A stretch of 64,000 nucleotides of DNA from Candidatus Omnitrophota bacterium (GCA_029571225.1 JAKPTF010000061.1:3051-67050), one strand, 5' to 3'. Positions 52,707-62,858 are shown, counted from the stretch's first letter. Numbers and translations: made by a program. Notes: generated by a model from the letters alone, not told the origin.

Positions 52707-53087
52707 CTAACGGCCACCCTCTTTAGCCCTCTGCTGGATCTCCATAAAATACCTGTCAGCCTCTTCCATGCTCTCGAATATGCGCACATCAGGAAGCGCC
52801 TGGACTATTTCGAACACCTTAACGATCTGGACCGGCATATTCACCATGACAAAACTGGCGTTTTTTTCCTCGAACATCTTCCTGATCATCAGGATAGCGC
52901 TGATGCCCATGGAGCTGACATATTCAAGGCCTTCAAGGTCAAGGATCATGCCGGTTACGGATTTTGTGATCAGTTGTTTGGCCTTATCCAGCAGCTGCGT
53001 ATGGGTCTCAGTGTCAAGCTGGCCCTTCATTTTGATTATGACCACATTCTCATCTTCTTTGCGGTACACGCTCAATTCCAGAGCCAT
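52707..53087 (-). CDS. STAS-domain anti-sigma-factor antagonist
   Basis: ORF 52707..53237 trimmed to MALELSVYRKED (ATG 53087-53085, SD AAAGGAGGA upstream). VVIIKMKGQLDTETHTQLLDKAKQLI...MILDLEGLEYVSSMGISAILMI...FVMVNMPVQIVKVFEIV. Confidence 0.8.
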   Translation of the reverse strand: MALELSVYRKEDENVVIIKMKGQLDTETHTQLLDKAKQLITKSVTGMILDLEGLEYVSSMGISAILMIRKMFEEKNASFVMVNMPVQIVKVFEIVQALPDVRIFESMEEADRYFMEIQQRAKEGGR

Positions 53088-53127
53088 AGGTCCTCCTTTA
53101 TGGTGTATGCCCTCGCGGCAATCGATA

Positions 53128-54996
53128 TTATCCGGTCTGCTCGAAGATAACCGCAGTAAGGTCGTCGAACTGCCTGCCTTTGCCCTCGAAAAGCTCGTGG
53201 CACTGTTCAAGATGCGACAACGCTTCATCAATGGCAACCGCCCTGACTTCCGTTACGGCCTTCTTGAGCTGTTCGACCCCGAACTCCCTGCCTTTCTCCG
53301 AGCGGGCGTCTGTCCAGCCGTCCGTGTACATAAAAAGCCTTTCGCCTGAAGTGAATGGCCGTCGGACCGTCGCGTATTTAATATTCTCCATCAACCCGAG
53401 GGGCGGGCCAGAAGCGGGAAGTACTTCGACAACTCCTTCGGTGCCCGGTTCTGTCAGAATGGCGGCCGGATGCCCTGCGCAGGCGCCTTCCCAATACGCT
53501 TCTTTGCCGTGAATGACGATATATTGCCCGGTTACGAATCTTCCGTTCAGCAGGGGCTTGAGCTGGTTGTTCAAAGCATACAGCACTTCACCGGGGTCGC
53601 GCGATGTGCGGCTGACGACGCGCAACAAAGAGATCGTCTGCGCCATGATTAAAGAAGCGCTGACGCCTTTGCCGCTCACGTCGCCTATAAAAACGCCGAA
53701 AGTCTCGTCATCAAGAACGATGATATCATACAGGTCGCCGCCGACATACCTGGCCGCCTTCAAATAAGCGCGGATATCGACCGTCCGGATCCGGCGAACG
53801 TCAGGCGGCAGAAAACTCTTCTGAATGCTTGCTGCTATCTCAAGCTCATTTTCCAGCAGCCGCCTCTTCTGCGCCTCCTCGAAAAACTTGCGTAAAAGAA
53901 CAACCGCGTATATCAAACCCGTGCATGCGAGAGGGAAAAACACATCGAAGAATATGCCCTGCCAGGCAAATAAAACCCATGCGGCTGCGACATACACGAT
54001 TGCAGCCAGAATACATGCTCCGAATGCCGCAACAGGAGCCATGAGCGAACACACTGCCAGCGCAAAGGCCGCAAGCGAGATATCGACCGCGGCGCGTACT
54101 ATGGCAGAGGCGCGCTTGACGAATGCGCCGCGCAGGATACTGTCGCACACGCTTGCCTGCGTGCCGATCATCGGATACACCGGGTCTATCGGATTGGCCC
54201 TGAAATCCGATGTGCCTGTGGCCGTAAGCGCCACAAAACATATTTTATCCTTGAATACGCCCAGGTCCAGCCATGGAGATTCGCCCTTTTGCCTGGCAGC
54301 TGCGGCCCGCAAAACGTCAACATACGAATAATGGCTGAATGTCTTTGTCCACGGCCCGGGGAAATTGACCCATACGCAGCCAGAATAATCCGAGGCTTTT
54401 TTCAGGACATCGCCGGCTGCCGCGCCAAGATATTGTGAGGCGACAAGCGCGCCCAGCGGCGGACGCAGATCGCTTCCGTACTGGATCATCGAAGGGATCC
54501 TGCGAACTTTTCCGTCGCGGTCAACGGAAATATTGATATGGCCGATGCCTGCGGCTGCATCCTGCAACGCAGGGGCGACCCCTGCGAGTATCTGAGTCGA
54601 AACTGCCGGAGGGCGCCTGCTGGCCTTGTCTATCTGGAACGCCATGGGAAGATAGACCCTTCCGGAGTTCTCCATTGATTCGGCTAACAGAGGATCAGCC
54701 GCAGACGGCTCTGAGAGAAGAATATCGAAGACGATCATGCGGCAGCCGGCTTCGGTCAGGGCATCTATTAACGCAGCATGAAAATTTCTCGACAAAGGCC
54801 ACCGGCCAAGGGCCTTTAAGGTGTCATCCGCGATCTCGATCACGACGACTCCAGAATGGGTGATTTGGACGGGCCTCGTCCGCATGAGCCAGTCGTACAC
54901 GAACATTTCCTGCTGGTCGAACAGGCCGGAGAAAACCGCCGCGTTGATGCACAGGACAGCCGCGATAATGGGCCGATACAGGGACGCTGGTTTCAT
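53128..54996 (-). CDS. CHASE2-sensor SpoIIE/PP2C serine phosphatase
   Basis: 622 aa. TM. CHASE2 core VVVIEIADDTLKALGRWPLSRNFHAALIDALTEAGCRMIVFDILLSE. Three TMs. PP2C: LEIAASIQKSFLP...YVGGDLYDII...IGDVSGKGVSASLIMA...TDGWTDA. Confidence 0.85.
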   Translation of the reverse strand: MKPASLYRPIIAAVLCINAAVFSGLFDQQEMFVYDWLMRTRPVQITHSGVVVIEIADDTLKALGRWPLSRNFHAALIDALTEAGCRMIVFDILLSEPSAADPLLAESMENSGRVYLPMAFQIDKASRRPPAVSTQILAGVAPALQDAAAGIGHINISVDRDGKVRRIPSMIQYGSDLRPPLGALVASQYLGAAAGDVLKKASDYSGCVWVNFPGPWTKTFSHYSYVDVLRAAAARQKGESPWLDLGVFKDKICFVALTATGTSDFRANPIDPVYPMIGTQASVCDSILRGAFVKRASAIVRAAVDISLAAFALAVCSLMAPVAAFGACILAAIVYVAAAWVLFAWQGIFFDVFFPLACTGLIYAVVLLRKFFEEAQKRRLLENELEIAASIQKSFLPPDVRRIRTVDIRAYLKAARYVGGDLYDIIVLDDETFGVFIGDVSGKGVSASLIMAQTISLLRVVSRTSRDPGEVLYALNNQLKPLLNGRFVTGQYIVIHGKEAYWEGACAGHPAAILTEPGTEGVVEVLPASGPPLGLMENIKYATVRRPFTSGERLFMYTDGWTDARSEKGREFGVEQLKKAVTEVRAVAIDEALSHLEQCHELFEGKGRQFDDLTAVIFEQTG

Positions 54997-55424
54997 GGAT
55001 TACGATGAAGCGATTTGGACATCCTGACGCCGCTGCCGTTGTCGTAAAATTCAACTTTGTCCATAAGCTTGCGCATGAGGTACACGCCGCGGCCGGAAGG
55101 CTGGTTCACTTTTTCGCCGCGCGTGGGATCGGGCAGGACGCGGAAATCAAAACCGTCGCCTTCGTCATGGACATCCATGACGATCTTTTGCGCGTCAACG
55201 CCGATGTGCACGGTGACGAAGCAACGCTCATCCATGCGGTTGCCGTGACGCATCGAATTAACCACGGCTTCCTCGAGTGCGAGCTTGATCTTAAAAACGT
55301 CGTCCTTCGAACCGACGAAAGGAAGCAGATCCTGCGAAACCCTATCGATGAACGGATTGACCGTCTTCAGGTCGGTCTTAAGCTTTTCATGCAGGCGATA
55401 CAACAGGGCCGTGTCGTTCATCAT
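54993..55424 (-). CDS. RsbW/SpoIIAB-type anti-sigma serine kinase (HATPase_c_2)
   Basis: 143 aa. KIKLALEEAVVNSMRHGN...VMDVHDEGDGFD...GRGVYLMRKLMDKVEF. ATGA overlaps at both ends. Confidence 0.85.
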   Translation of the reverse strand: MMNDTALLYRLHEKLKTDLKTVNPFIDRVSQDLLPFVGSKDDVFKIKLALEEAVVNSMRHGNRMDERCFVTVHIGVDAQKIVMDVHDEGDGFDFRVLPDPTRGEKVNQPSGRGVYLMRKLMDKVEFYDNGSGVRMSKSLHRNP

Positions 55425-55813
55425 GCCAAAGGGTCAGGCGGCTTGATGTTGCCTTTCTGGACGCCGTCAAGGAATTTATCCAGGTATTCGTCCGCTTCGG
55501 TAAGGCTGGCAAACATCTGAGGGCTCAATATCTTCATGGTATCAAAAACCCGCTTGACCTGCGGCTGCATGTTCACGAGGGCGATCGTCCCTGCGTGCTC
55601 TTCGACCGCAAGCTTGACGCGAAAAAGCGCGCTCAGCCCCATTGAGCTGATATATGAAACCTGCCCCATCTCAAACACGACAGCTTTTGCTTTCGGCACG
55701 ATGTCTTTCAGACGCTCCTCGAAAAGCTGATACGTTTCCGTATTGATCTCTCCTTTGGGCGTTGCGACGAAAATTCCCGGTTCCTTCTCGGCGATCAAGA
55801 TATCAAGAGCCAT
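55421..55813 (-). CDS. STAS-domain anti-sigma-factor antagonist
   Basis: 130 aa. IFVATPKGEINTETYQLFEERL...VVFEMGQVSYISSMGLSALFRV...ALVNMQPQVKRVFDTMKIL. Confidence 0.85.
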   Translation of the reverse strand: MALDILIAEKEPGIFVATPKGEINTETYQLFEERLKDIVPKAKAVVFEMGQVSYISSMGLSALFRVKLAVEEHAGTIALVNMQPQVKRVFDTMKILSPQMFASLTEADEYLDKFLDGVQKGNIKPPDPLA

Positions 55814-55822
55814 GCGGCCTCC

Positions 55823-56809
55823 TTATTTTTTCTGTGCGTTCTTTGGGACCGGCTTGTGCTGCGCAGGGATTTTCTTCGCAGCCCCCTCGTCGATGCTGTG
55901 GAGCGCCTTGCGTTCCTGCGCCTGGAGTTCCTTGACCTTTTGCTGCGCCGGAAGTTTGAATTGCTCCTGAACCTTTAGTTCCTTTGCCTTGCGAAACTCC
56001 GGTTCTTTAACCTGCTCCTGCCGCTGCGGCCCCCCGCTGACCAACGGCTTGAATCCGTCGCCCGGACGGGCTTTCCTATCCTTCATTTCCCTGATAAAAT
56101 CGTCCCGCTTGAACGGCGGCCGCTGCTGCCTCTTGCCCACTGCCTCGCCTGCGCGACGGCGAACCTGCTGCTTCATGTCCTGCCATTGCTGTTGCCTGCC
56201 CGCAGCCATGGGGCGCGGCTGCATGGGCGGCTGGAACCGTTTGACCGATGTCATCTGCCCTGGCTGGATCAGAGTCATCTGCCCTGATTTTTTGCCGGCG
56301 CTCTCAAAATGCCGGACATACGGAACGCTGTCAATCGCCTCGACGTCGGTCCCCTCATCGCTGACCTTCGTGACCCAATCGGTCCCGCGCGCGCCTGAAA
56401 CGGCGGTCGGAGTGCGGATCTCGAACGAACTGCCGCCGGCCAGTTCGCTCACCGAGGCGAACACCTCTCCCGTCGTCATTTCAAGTTTTTCATCGTCCGC
56501 GAGAATCATGGCAACATCGGTATTCTCGCCCAAGCGCACCACGTTCGTGTTCGCTTCGTTGAAAGAAAGTTCCGCAGCCCCTCCGGCAGAGGTCTTTATC
56601 TTATCCCCCGCCTCAAGGACAATGCCCTCCTCCGCAGCAGTGTATTCATCCGCGCCTTCAAGCAATACCTCGACCGTGCCGCTGGTGCCGATTACTTCAG
56701 CCTGCCCGGCGCCGAAACACGGCCCCGCGCTCATTACAAAATAAAACGCGCAGCATAAAATAAAACAGGCTTGTTTATCCGCGCGGTCTGGCAACGTAAT
56801 ATTTTTCAT
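55823..56809 (-). CDS. FecR-domain protein with basic Q/K-rich C-terminal tail
   Basis: 328 aa. Hydrophobic N-terminus. FecR-like GTSGTVEVLLEGADEYTAAEEGIVLEAGDKIKTSAGGAAELSF. Tail ...KELKVQEQFKLPAQQKVKELQAQERK... Confidence 0.7.
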   Translation of the reverse strand: MKNITLPDRADKQACFILCCAFYFVMSAGPCFGAGQAEVIGTSGTVEVLLEGADEYTAAEEGIVLEAGDKIKTSAGGAAELSFNEANTNVVRLGENTDVAMILADDEKLEMTTGEVFASVSELAGGSSFEIRTPTAVSGARGTDWVTKVSDEGTDVEAIDSVPYVRHFESAGKKSGQMTLIQPGQMTSVKRFQPPMQPRPMAAGRQQQWQDMKQQVRRRAGEAVGKRQQRPPFKRDDFIREMKDRKARPGDGFKPLVSGGPQRQEQVKEPEFRKAKELKVQEQFKLPAQQKVKELQAQERKALHSIDEGAAKKIPAQHKPVPKNAQKK

Positions 56810-56862
56810 ACGAAATAATTATACCGGAGTTTGCGCTGAAATGCAATTACTGATAACATCTT

Positions 56863-59232
56863 TCATGGTGCGGCGGGCAGCCACACGTCAACGGTCGTTC
56901 CTTTGTGAAGCTCGCTCGAAACCTTCATTTCACCGTTATGCGCCTTGATGATGCCATAGCAGACCGCAAGGCCTAGGCCTGTGCCTTTTTCTTTCGTGGT
57001 AAAAAAAGGCTCAAACAGCTTGGCAAGCGTCCCCTCGTCCATCCCGCAGCCCATATCCTTTATTGTTATCTTTACCTTGTCGCCGTCACGGGACGTGCCG
57101 ACCTCGATAATGCCCCCCTCCGGCATCGCGTCGCGCGCGTTATTCAACAGGTTCATGAACACTTCCTGAAGCTGTTTCTCGTCGGCGGTTATCTGGGGAA
57201 CGTCTGCAGCGAAGTGCGCGAAAATCCTCACGTTTCCGAGCTCATATTGATGGCCGAGCAGGTTCACGATCACTTCCACGCACTGGTTGACGTCAAGACG
57301 CTTCTGTTCCCCCTTGCTCGGCCGGGAGAATTTAAGCAAACGCTGTATAATGCTTTTCGCCCTGTTGCATTCGTTATGGATGACCTGAAGGTTATTCTTC
57401 AACTCCTCATCGAGGGATTCGCTCAAAAGGGCGAGCTGCGCGGAACCCGAAATGATCATCAGTGGATTATTCACCTCATGCGCCATGTCCGCGACCAGCC
57501 GGCCGAGTGAGGCGAGTTTTGCCGACTGCACGAGCATCGCCTCTGCCTGCTTCAATTCTCGCAATTTATTTTCCAGCTCCTCGCGTATGCGGTTATTGTC
57601 GTCAAGCATGCTTGTCATTATTTCACGCGCCTTCAGTTCTTCCCGCAATGAGGCGTTCAGGGATTTCTCCATCCTCTTCTGCTCGGTTACATCCCTGATC
57701 GATTCGATGGCTCCGACGATAGCGCCGCTCGCGTCCCGGATGACCTGCGCCTTGCCTGAAAGATACGCGCCCTTGCCCTGGTATGTCCCCGGGACGAACA
57801 CATCGGCAAAAATGAATCCCCGTGCATCCCTGTGGATCATGGAATATTTCTTTTCAATGTCTTCGCTCGGGTGCAGGACCAAGTCGATAAGGATCGGCCG
57901 GCGGTCGCCGTAAAAGGGAATCGCATACTCGTAATTCCCTTTCCCGAGTATATCAGCGGCCTTGACACCTGTCATCTCCTCGATCGCCTTGTTCCACGCC
58001 GTGACAACGCCGTTCGCGTCGATCACGAACGTTGCGTCAGGAAGGAATTCTATGATGTCCATAAGCCGGCGCTGCGAAACCTGCAAAGCCGTTTCGGCAT
58101 GTTTGCGGGCGGTGATATCGAGCGCGGAAAAAACCACACGGGACTCATGACTGTCATGCTGCACGGAAACGCCCGTCAGCAATATATGAACGATAGAACC
58201 GTTCTTGTGTTTCCATTGAACCTCAATTTCAGCGCGGCCTTTTTCTGCAACCTGTATATAGAACTGCGAGGTGTATAGCTGATATGCTCGGTCGTCCTCG
58301 TAAAAAATCCGCGCGTCGCTATCTAATATTTCATCCTTCTGCCTTCCCACAATCCCCAGCAGGGTGTCGTTGACCCACTCGATATGCCGACCATGGACAA
58401 GGCCGAGCCCGACGGGGGAGGCGGACGCGATTCCTTTGAACATCGCCTCGCTTTTCAAAAGTGCGTCCCTGGCCCGTGTGCGCTCGGTAATGTCCTCGAT
58501 GATAACAACCACCCCTTCTTCAGGAGCATTTGCGCGCAGCGGGGCGGCGGTTAAGTATGTATCCCGCACCGTGCCGTCCTTATGGCGTAATCGTGTCTGA
58601 ATTGAAGATACGTTTTCCTGTTTTAATCGCGCATATAACTCCCGGCCTACCCGCTCGTATTCCTCATCGCTGTCATAGAGCATCCGCGTCGTATTGCCAA
58701 TCATCTCGCTTTCGGCATATCCAAAATGCTCGCACCAGTATTTGTTCACGCTCTGGTACACCCGGTCCTTCATCACGCAAATGCCCAACGGCGCGGCCGT
58801 GAAAACGCCGGCCAGCAAGGCCTCCCGCTGAAGAAGCTCTGCTTCTGCCTGTTTGCGGTACGATATGTCGGTAATCATCGCAAACGACCCCTGAAATGCC
58901 TCGCCGGAAGCTTCCCCGACCGGAGTGGCAGATACAATGCACCAGACCGCCGAACCATTCTTGTGCCTGAACCGCCGCTCGTATTTTCCGGATACGTTCA
59001 TCCGGCGCTCCTTCATCTTTTCTTCATGGTCCGGGATATCCTCGGGGAACATGAAATCGGTCACGGGCCTGCCCATCATTTCTTCGACTGAATACCCGAA
59101 CATGTCAGCCAATCGCCGATTGACGAACGTCGTCCTGAAGTTCTCGTCCATTTGCCAGACGCCTTCCTGCGCCATATCGATGATGCGGCGGTACAAGTTT
59201 TCCATTCCGGGATTTTCATTTTTAGCCATCAT
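56863..59232 (-). CDS. Multi-PAS sensor histidine kinase (cytoplasmic)
   Basis: 789 aa. At least four PAS-like segments. H-box LGRLVADMAHEVNNPL. HATPase N/G boxes (NLLNNARDAM..., DMGCGMD..., GTGLGLAVC). Confidence 0.85.
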   Translation of the reverse strand: MMAKNENPGMENLYRRIIDMAQEGVWQMDENFRTTFVNRRLADMFGYSVEEMMGRPVTDFMFPEDIPDHEEKMKERRMNVSGKYERRFRHKNGSAVWCIVSATPVGEASGEAFQGSFAMITDISYRKQAEAELLQREALLAGVFTAAPLGICVMKDRVYQSVNKYWCEHFGYAESEMIGNTTRMLYDSDEEYERVGRELYARLKQENVSSIQTRLRHKDGTVRDTYLTAAPLRANAPEEGVVVIIEDITERTRARDALLKSEAMFKGIASASPVGLGLVHGRHIEWVNDTLLGIVGRQKDEILDSDARIFYEDDRAYQLYTSQFYIQVAEKGRAEIEVQWKHKNGSIVHILLTGVSVQHDSHESRVVFSALDITARKHAETALQVSQRRLMDIIEFLPDATFVIDANGVVTAWNKAIEEMTGVKAADILGKGNYEYAIPFYGDRRPILIDLVLHPSEDIEKKYSMIHRDARGFIFADVFVPGTYQGKGAYLSGKAQVIRDASGAIVGAIESIRDVTEQKRMEKSLNASLREELKAREIMTSMLDDNNRIREELENKLRELKQAEAMLVQSAKLASLGRLVADMAHEVNNPLMIISGSAQLALLSESLDEELKNNLQVIHNECNRAKSIIQRLLKFSRPSKGEQKRLDVNQCVEVIVNLLGHQYELGNVRIFAHFAADVPQITADEKQLQEVFMNLLNNARDAMPEGGIIEVGTSRDGDKVKITIKDMGCGMDEGTLAKLFEPFFTTKEKGTGLGLAVCYGIIKAHNGEMKVSSELHKGTTVDVWLPAAP

Positions 59233-59250
59233 ACACCCCGTCGGAACATT

Positions 59251-59880
59251 TTAATCGTCGATATAATAATTGCCTCTGCCTGATCCCATGCGTCCCCTGC
59301 CCATGGCTGCCTGCCCCGCGCCAGGCTGCCCTCCGTTCTCACGAAGCAGCTTGATAATTTCAGTGTTCTGCCTGAACATCGCCATTGAAAGAGGCGTAGT
59401 GCCCGTATCTATTCTTGCATTCACGTCAGCGCCGTTCTCTATCAGGATCTTCGCCGCTTCGATATGGCCCCTCTTCTGCCCTTTGAACGCGGCAAAATGG
59501 AGCGGGGTCGAATCGTTGCGCGTGCGCGCGTTTACGTCGGCGCCGTATTGTATGAGCAGACGCGCTGCCTCTGGCTGGGCCTGCGATGCGGCGACATGCA
59601 GGGGCGTGCCCCCGTTTTTGTTGCGGATGTTCGGGTCCGCCTTGTACGTTTCGAGCAGCAGCTTGACCGCCGCGATCTGACCTTTACCTACCGCCCAGTG
59701 CAAAGGGGTCTTTCCGACCTCATCCTGTACGAGCAGCAGCTTCGGGTCTTTGTCCAGCAGAAGCCGCAATTTCCCGAGATCGCCGTTCTTGGCGGCCTCA
59801 TGGACCTCATCCGCATGCGCCTGCGCGCACAGCACGCCGGCTGCCAGGCAGCAAAACAGGATTGTAATAATTTGTTTCAT
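59251..59880 (-). CDS. Exported ankyrin-repeat protein
   Basis: ORF starts at GTG 59898. Trimmed to MKQIITILFCCLAAGVLCAQA (ATG 59880-59878, SD GGAGGA upstream). Repeats GKTPLHWAVGKGQIAAVKLLL, GGTPLHVAASQAQPEAARLLI, DSTPLHFAAFKG, GTTPLSMAMF. Confidence 0.8.
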   Translation of the reverse strand: MKQIITILFCCLAAGVLCAQAHADEVHEAAKNGDLGKLRLLLDKDPKLLLVQDEVGKTPLHWAVGKGQIAAVKLLLETYKADPNIRNKNGGTPLHVAASQAQPEAARLLIQYGADVNARTRNDSTPLHFAAFKGQKRGHIEAAKILIENGADVNARIDTGTTPLSMAMFRQNTEIIKLLRENGGQPGAGQAAMGRGRMGSGRGNYYIDD

Positions 59881-59894
59881 CGCTTTTCCTCCGG

Positions 59895-61805
59895 TCACGT
59901 AAAACGGATCGCGAGCATCGTGATATCGTCGGACTGCGGCTCGTCCTTCGTAAAATCACGCAAAGCCTCACGCACGCCATGTATCACGGTCTTTACGTCT
60001 TTGCCCGTCAGGGCCTGCAACGTCTTTTGCAGGCCGTCTTCGGTAAAAAATTCCTTTTTCGAATCCATTGCCTCGGTCACCCCGTCCGTATAAAGGAAAA
60101 ACGTGTTCCCGTGGCCGAGCGTTATGGAGCCTTGCACGAACTTGAACCCTGCCATAGGCCCGAGGACAAAACCCTTGCCGGCCCGAAGATACTCGAAAAC
60201 CCTTCCGGCAGGGCAGACAAGCGGGGGGTTATGGCCGGCATTGGCGAATTCGATCACTCCGGTCCTGGTGTCCATGAGGCCGCAGAAGACCGTCGCGAAC
60301 ATGCTCGTGTTATTGTCAAGCGCCAGAATATTATTCACCCGGAAGAGGATATCCGACGGAGACAAACCCTGCAGGGCCTCATTCTTAAGCAGCGTCTTGG
60401 TGATCATCATGAACAGGGCAGCGGGAACGCCCTTGCCTGATACGTCTCCCATGCAAAAGTACAGCGTAGAATCGTTGACAAGCGCAAAATCGTAGAAATC
60501 ACCTCCGACCTCTTTGGCCGGCTCCATCATGGCAAAAATATCGAACTCCTTCCTTTCAGGGAATGCGGGGAATATCCGCGGCAGGATCCCGGTCTGGATC
60601 TCGCGCGCGATCTTCAGTTCGCTCTCAATGCGCTCTTTTGCGGCGGTAGTCTCAGTAAGCCGCCTGATATAATCCTTAAGAGAATTCTTCATGGCAACAA
60701 ATGCCTGCGCGAGCTGCCCCACCTCATCCTGCGACACGGTCCCGGGCAAGGCCGCGTCAAGGTCGCCCTGTCCTATCGCCTGCGCGGCACGGGCCATGCG
60801 CGCCAGGGGCCTGGTAATCGAATGCGAGATCGTCACGATCGCGGCGATTAACAACATGATGCCCAGCAGCCCGACCCCTGCCGCGATCAAGCTGTTCTTG
60901 CGAATATCCGCGAACAATTCATCCTCGGGGAACACGACCGCAAGCGACCAGCCGCTCGCTGGAACAGGCGCGTAATACATCCAGCATTTTTTATTGCGCG
61001 TGATCGACGTATACGGCACGAATCCCGTTTTTCCCGCGATCATGTCCTTGCCGATCCGGCGCAATCGGTCGTCATTGCGGCCTGCCGCGACGGTGAAGAT
61101 CGTCTCGTTCATAATGAGATCCGTATTCGAATGGGTGATGATCGTGCCGTTGCGCGATACCAGATACGCGTCCCCGGTCTTGAGGATCTTGACCGAGTTG
61201 ACGATATCGGTCAGGCGCCCGAGCGAGATATCGGCGCAGATGATCCCTTGCAGTTTCGGGCCGTAGAGCGTGCCGTAATAAAAAGGGACCGAGTAGGTGC
61301 CCATCATGATATCGTCAAAATACGGTTCGCTCCAGACCGCGGCATTGAGCTGGCGGGGGATCTGGTACCAATCTTCAAAAAAATACCGGTATGAATCGTC
61401 GCCCATGTACGTCAAAGTAAGGCCTTTTTTCTCCTTGGCGTAATAGGGCCCGAAATATAAAAACCCTGGATCGAAGGCGTACGGCTCAAAGGCGATGCCC
61501 ATGCCGTAGATCTCCTCATTATTGGCGACTGCCAGGCGAAGAATGTTTTCGATCTCTTTTTTATTCATCGTGACGGATTCGAGGGCAAGCGCGATATTCT
61601 GAGGAATCTCCTCGATCTCGGATAAGACGCCGTTGATCTTGTTGACAGCGCGCAGCGCGACGTTCTGGACGTTCGTGCGTATATCGGCCATGATGATCCT
61701 GCGGGAAAAATAATAGTTCACTCCGATGATGGATAAAAAGATGAGCGTGCAGCTGCCTGAAAAGAAGAGAATGAATTTAAAGGCAAGGCTTTTAGTCTTG
61801 AACAT
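59895..61805 (-). CDS. dCache-HAMP-SpoIIE/PP2C sensor phosphatase
   Basis: 636 aa. TM. Cache-like periplasmic domain (...YGMGIAFEPYAF...WYQIPRQLNAAVWSEPYFDD...ICADISL...). TM. HAMP (ITRPLARMARAAQAIGQGDLD...). PP2C (EVGGDFYDFA...MGDVSGKGVPAALFMM...TDGVTEA). Confidence 0.85.
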   Translation of the reverse strand: MFKTKSLAFKFILFFSGSCTLIFLSIIGVNYYFSRRIIMADIRTNVQNVALRAVNKINGVLSEIEEIPQNIALALESVTMNKKEIENILRLAVANNEEIYGMGIAFEPYAFDPGFLYFGPYYAKEKKGLTLTYMGDDSYRYFFEDWYQIPRQLNAAVWSEPYFDDIMMGTYSVPFYYGTLYGPKLQGIICADISLGRLTDIVNSVKILKTGDAYLVSRNGTIITHSNTDLIMNETIFTVAAGRNDDRLRRIGKDMIAGKTGFVPYTSITRNKKCWMYYAPVPASGWSLAVVFPEDELFADIRKNSLIAAGVGLLGIMLLIAAIVTISHSITRPLARMARAAQAIGQGDLDAALPGTVSQDEVGQLAQAFVAMKNSLKDYIRRLTETTAAKERIESELKIAREIQTGILPRIFPAFPERKEFDIFAMMEPAKEVGGDFYDFALVNDSTLYFCMGDVSGKGVPAALFMMITKTLLKNEALQGLSPSDILFRVNNILALDNNTSMFATVFCGLMDTRTGVIEFANAGHNPPLVCPAGRVFEYLRAGKGFVLGPMAGFKFVQGSITLGHGNTFFLYTDGVTEAMDSKKEFFTEDGLQKTLQALTGKDVKTVIHGVREALRDFTKDEPQSDDITMLAIRFT

Positions 61806-62805
61806 TGTCCCTCACGGGCCGGTAGAAATCGTCATACGCCGGCGCTGCGGCGATGAGGCCGCTGCGGAGCAATTCAGCGGCGACACGTTCAAAATCATCT
61901 TTACTCAACGTTCCCGGTGCTGAACCGCTGCTTTGCGGGGATATCAGTTCCCTCATCTTTGATAGCATCCAGCGCTGATGTACACGGTTTGCCGGAAGAT
62001 GTTCCTTGCGCATGTATGCCATGACCAGATCGACCGCTTCGTCTGGATGGTCAAAGGCATAGCGCCAGCCTTCGAACGAGGCGCTGACAAACCCTGCGGC
62101 CGCGTCCGGGTCACGCACGAGCGTATCCTGAAGGCAATAAATCCCGTCCTCAGGGAAATTGAAACCCAGGTCGCTCAAGAAGAACGTGTTGAGTTCGCCG
62201 GGATCAAGTCCGGCATTGATGATCGTATCGTATTCGTTGTACCACATGGCAGATACTACGTCGACGCCGCCCATAAGAAAAAGGTTCACGGTATAGGTCT
62301 GCGGAATGATCTCCGGGATAATGCGGTGGCTGCGGAACAGAGCTATCGGTCCAAGGCTCAGATCTCCTTCCCAGAGGCTCACCTTCCTGCCATGCATGTC
62401 CTGAAGATTGACGATCCCGCTTGACTTGCGGGCTATCAGCATAAGGCCTGAACGACGGACCACCTGTGCGATGTTGACAAGATTCACCCCTGACATGCGG
62501 CGCTTTATCGCCGAGGACAGCCAGGCAATGCAAAAATCTGATTTTTTATCATTCAGCGCCTTGAGGGAAGAATTATCCACGCCGCCCGATATCAGGGTAA
62601 CGTCAAGGCCGCGTTTTTGATAGAACCCTTTTTCACGCGCGACGATATACCCTGCGAACTGCGCCTGCGGTTTCCAGAGAAGGCAACACGAAACTTTTTT
62701 TACGGGGACTCCCACGGAATGCGCGGCGGGCAGGGGAAGTATTGCAAGTGCCGCTACCGCAATGAAAAAGACAGTCTTCAAAAATCTGGAATTTCTGTCT
62801 GTCAT
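61792..62805 (-). CDS. Periplasmic substrate-binding protein (NMT1/THI5-SsuA/TauA-like)
   Basis: 337 aa with a signal peptide. LLWKPQAQFAGYIVAREKGFYQKRGLDVTLISGG... is typical of this SBP class. 14-nt overlap with the Cache-PP2C gene. Confidence 0.65.
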   Translation of the reverse strand: MTDRNSRFLKTVFFIAVAALAILPLPAAHSVGVPVKKVSCCLLWKPQAQFAGYIVAREKGFYQKRGLDVTLISGGVDNSSLKALNDKKSDFCIAWLSSAIKRRMSGVNLVNIAQVVRRSGLMLIARKSSGIVNLQDMHGRKVSLWEGDLSLGPIALFRSHRIIPEIIPQTYTVNLFLMGGVDVVSAMWYNEYDTIINAGLDPGELNTFFLSDLGFNFPEDGIYCLQDTLVRDPDAAAGFVSASFEGWRYAFDHPDEAVDLVMAYMRKEHLPANRVHQRWMLSKMRELISPQSSGSAPGTLSKDDFERVAAELLRSGLIAAAPAYDDFYRPVRDNVQD

Positions 62806-62812
62806 CTCGATT

Positions 62813-62840
62813 ATTATACCAAAATCTGTATCAGAAACAA
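62813..62840 (-). promoter_or_regulatory. sigma70-type promoter with extended -10 (TTGTTT-N16-TGgTATAAT) ending 7 nt before ATG 62805; implies a leaderless mRNA
   Basis: Minus strand: TTGTTTCTGATACAGATTTTGGTATAATaatcgagATG. No SD. Confidence 0.5.
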
Positions 62841-62858
62841 ATCAAAAAAAGGGGTCTC

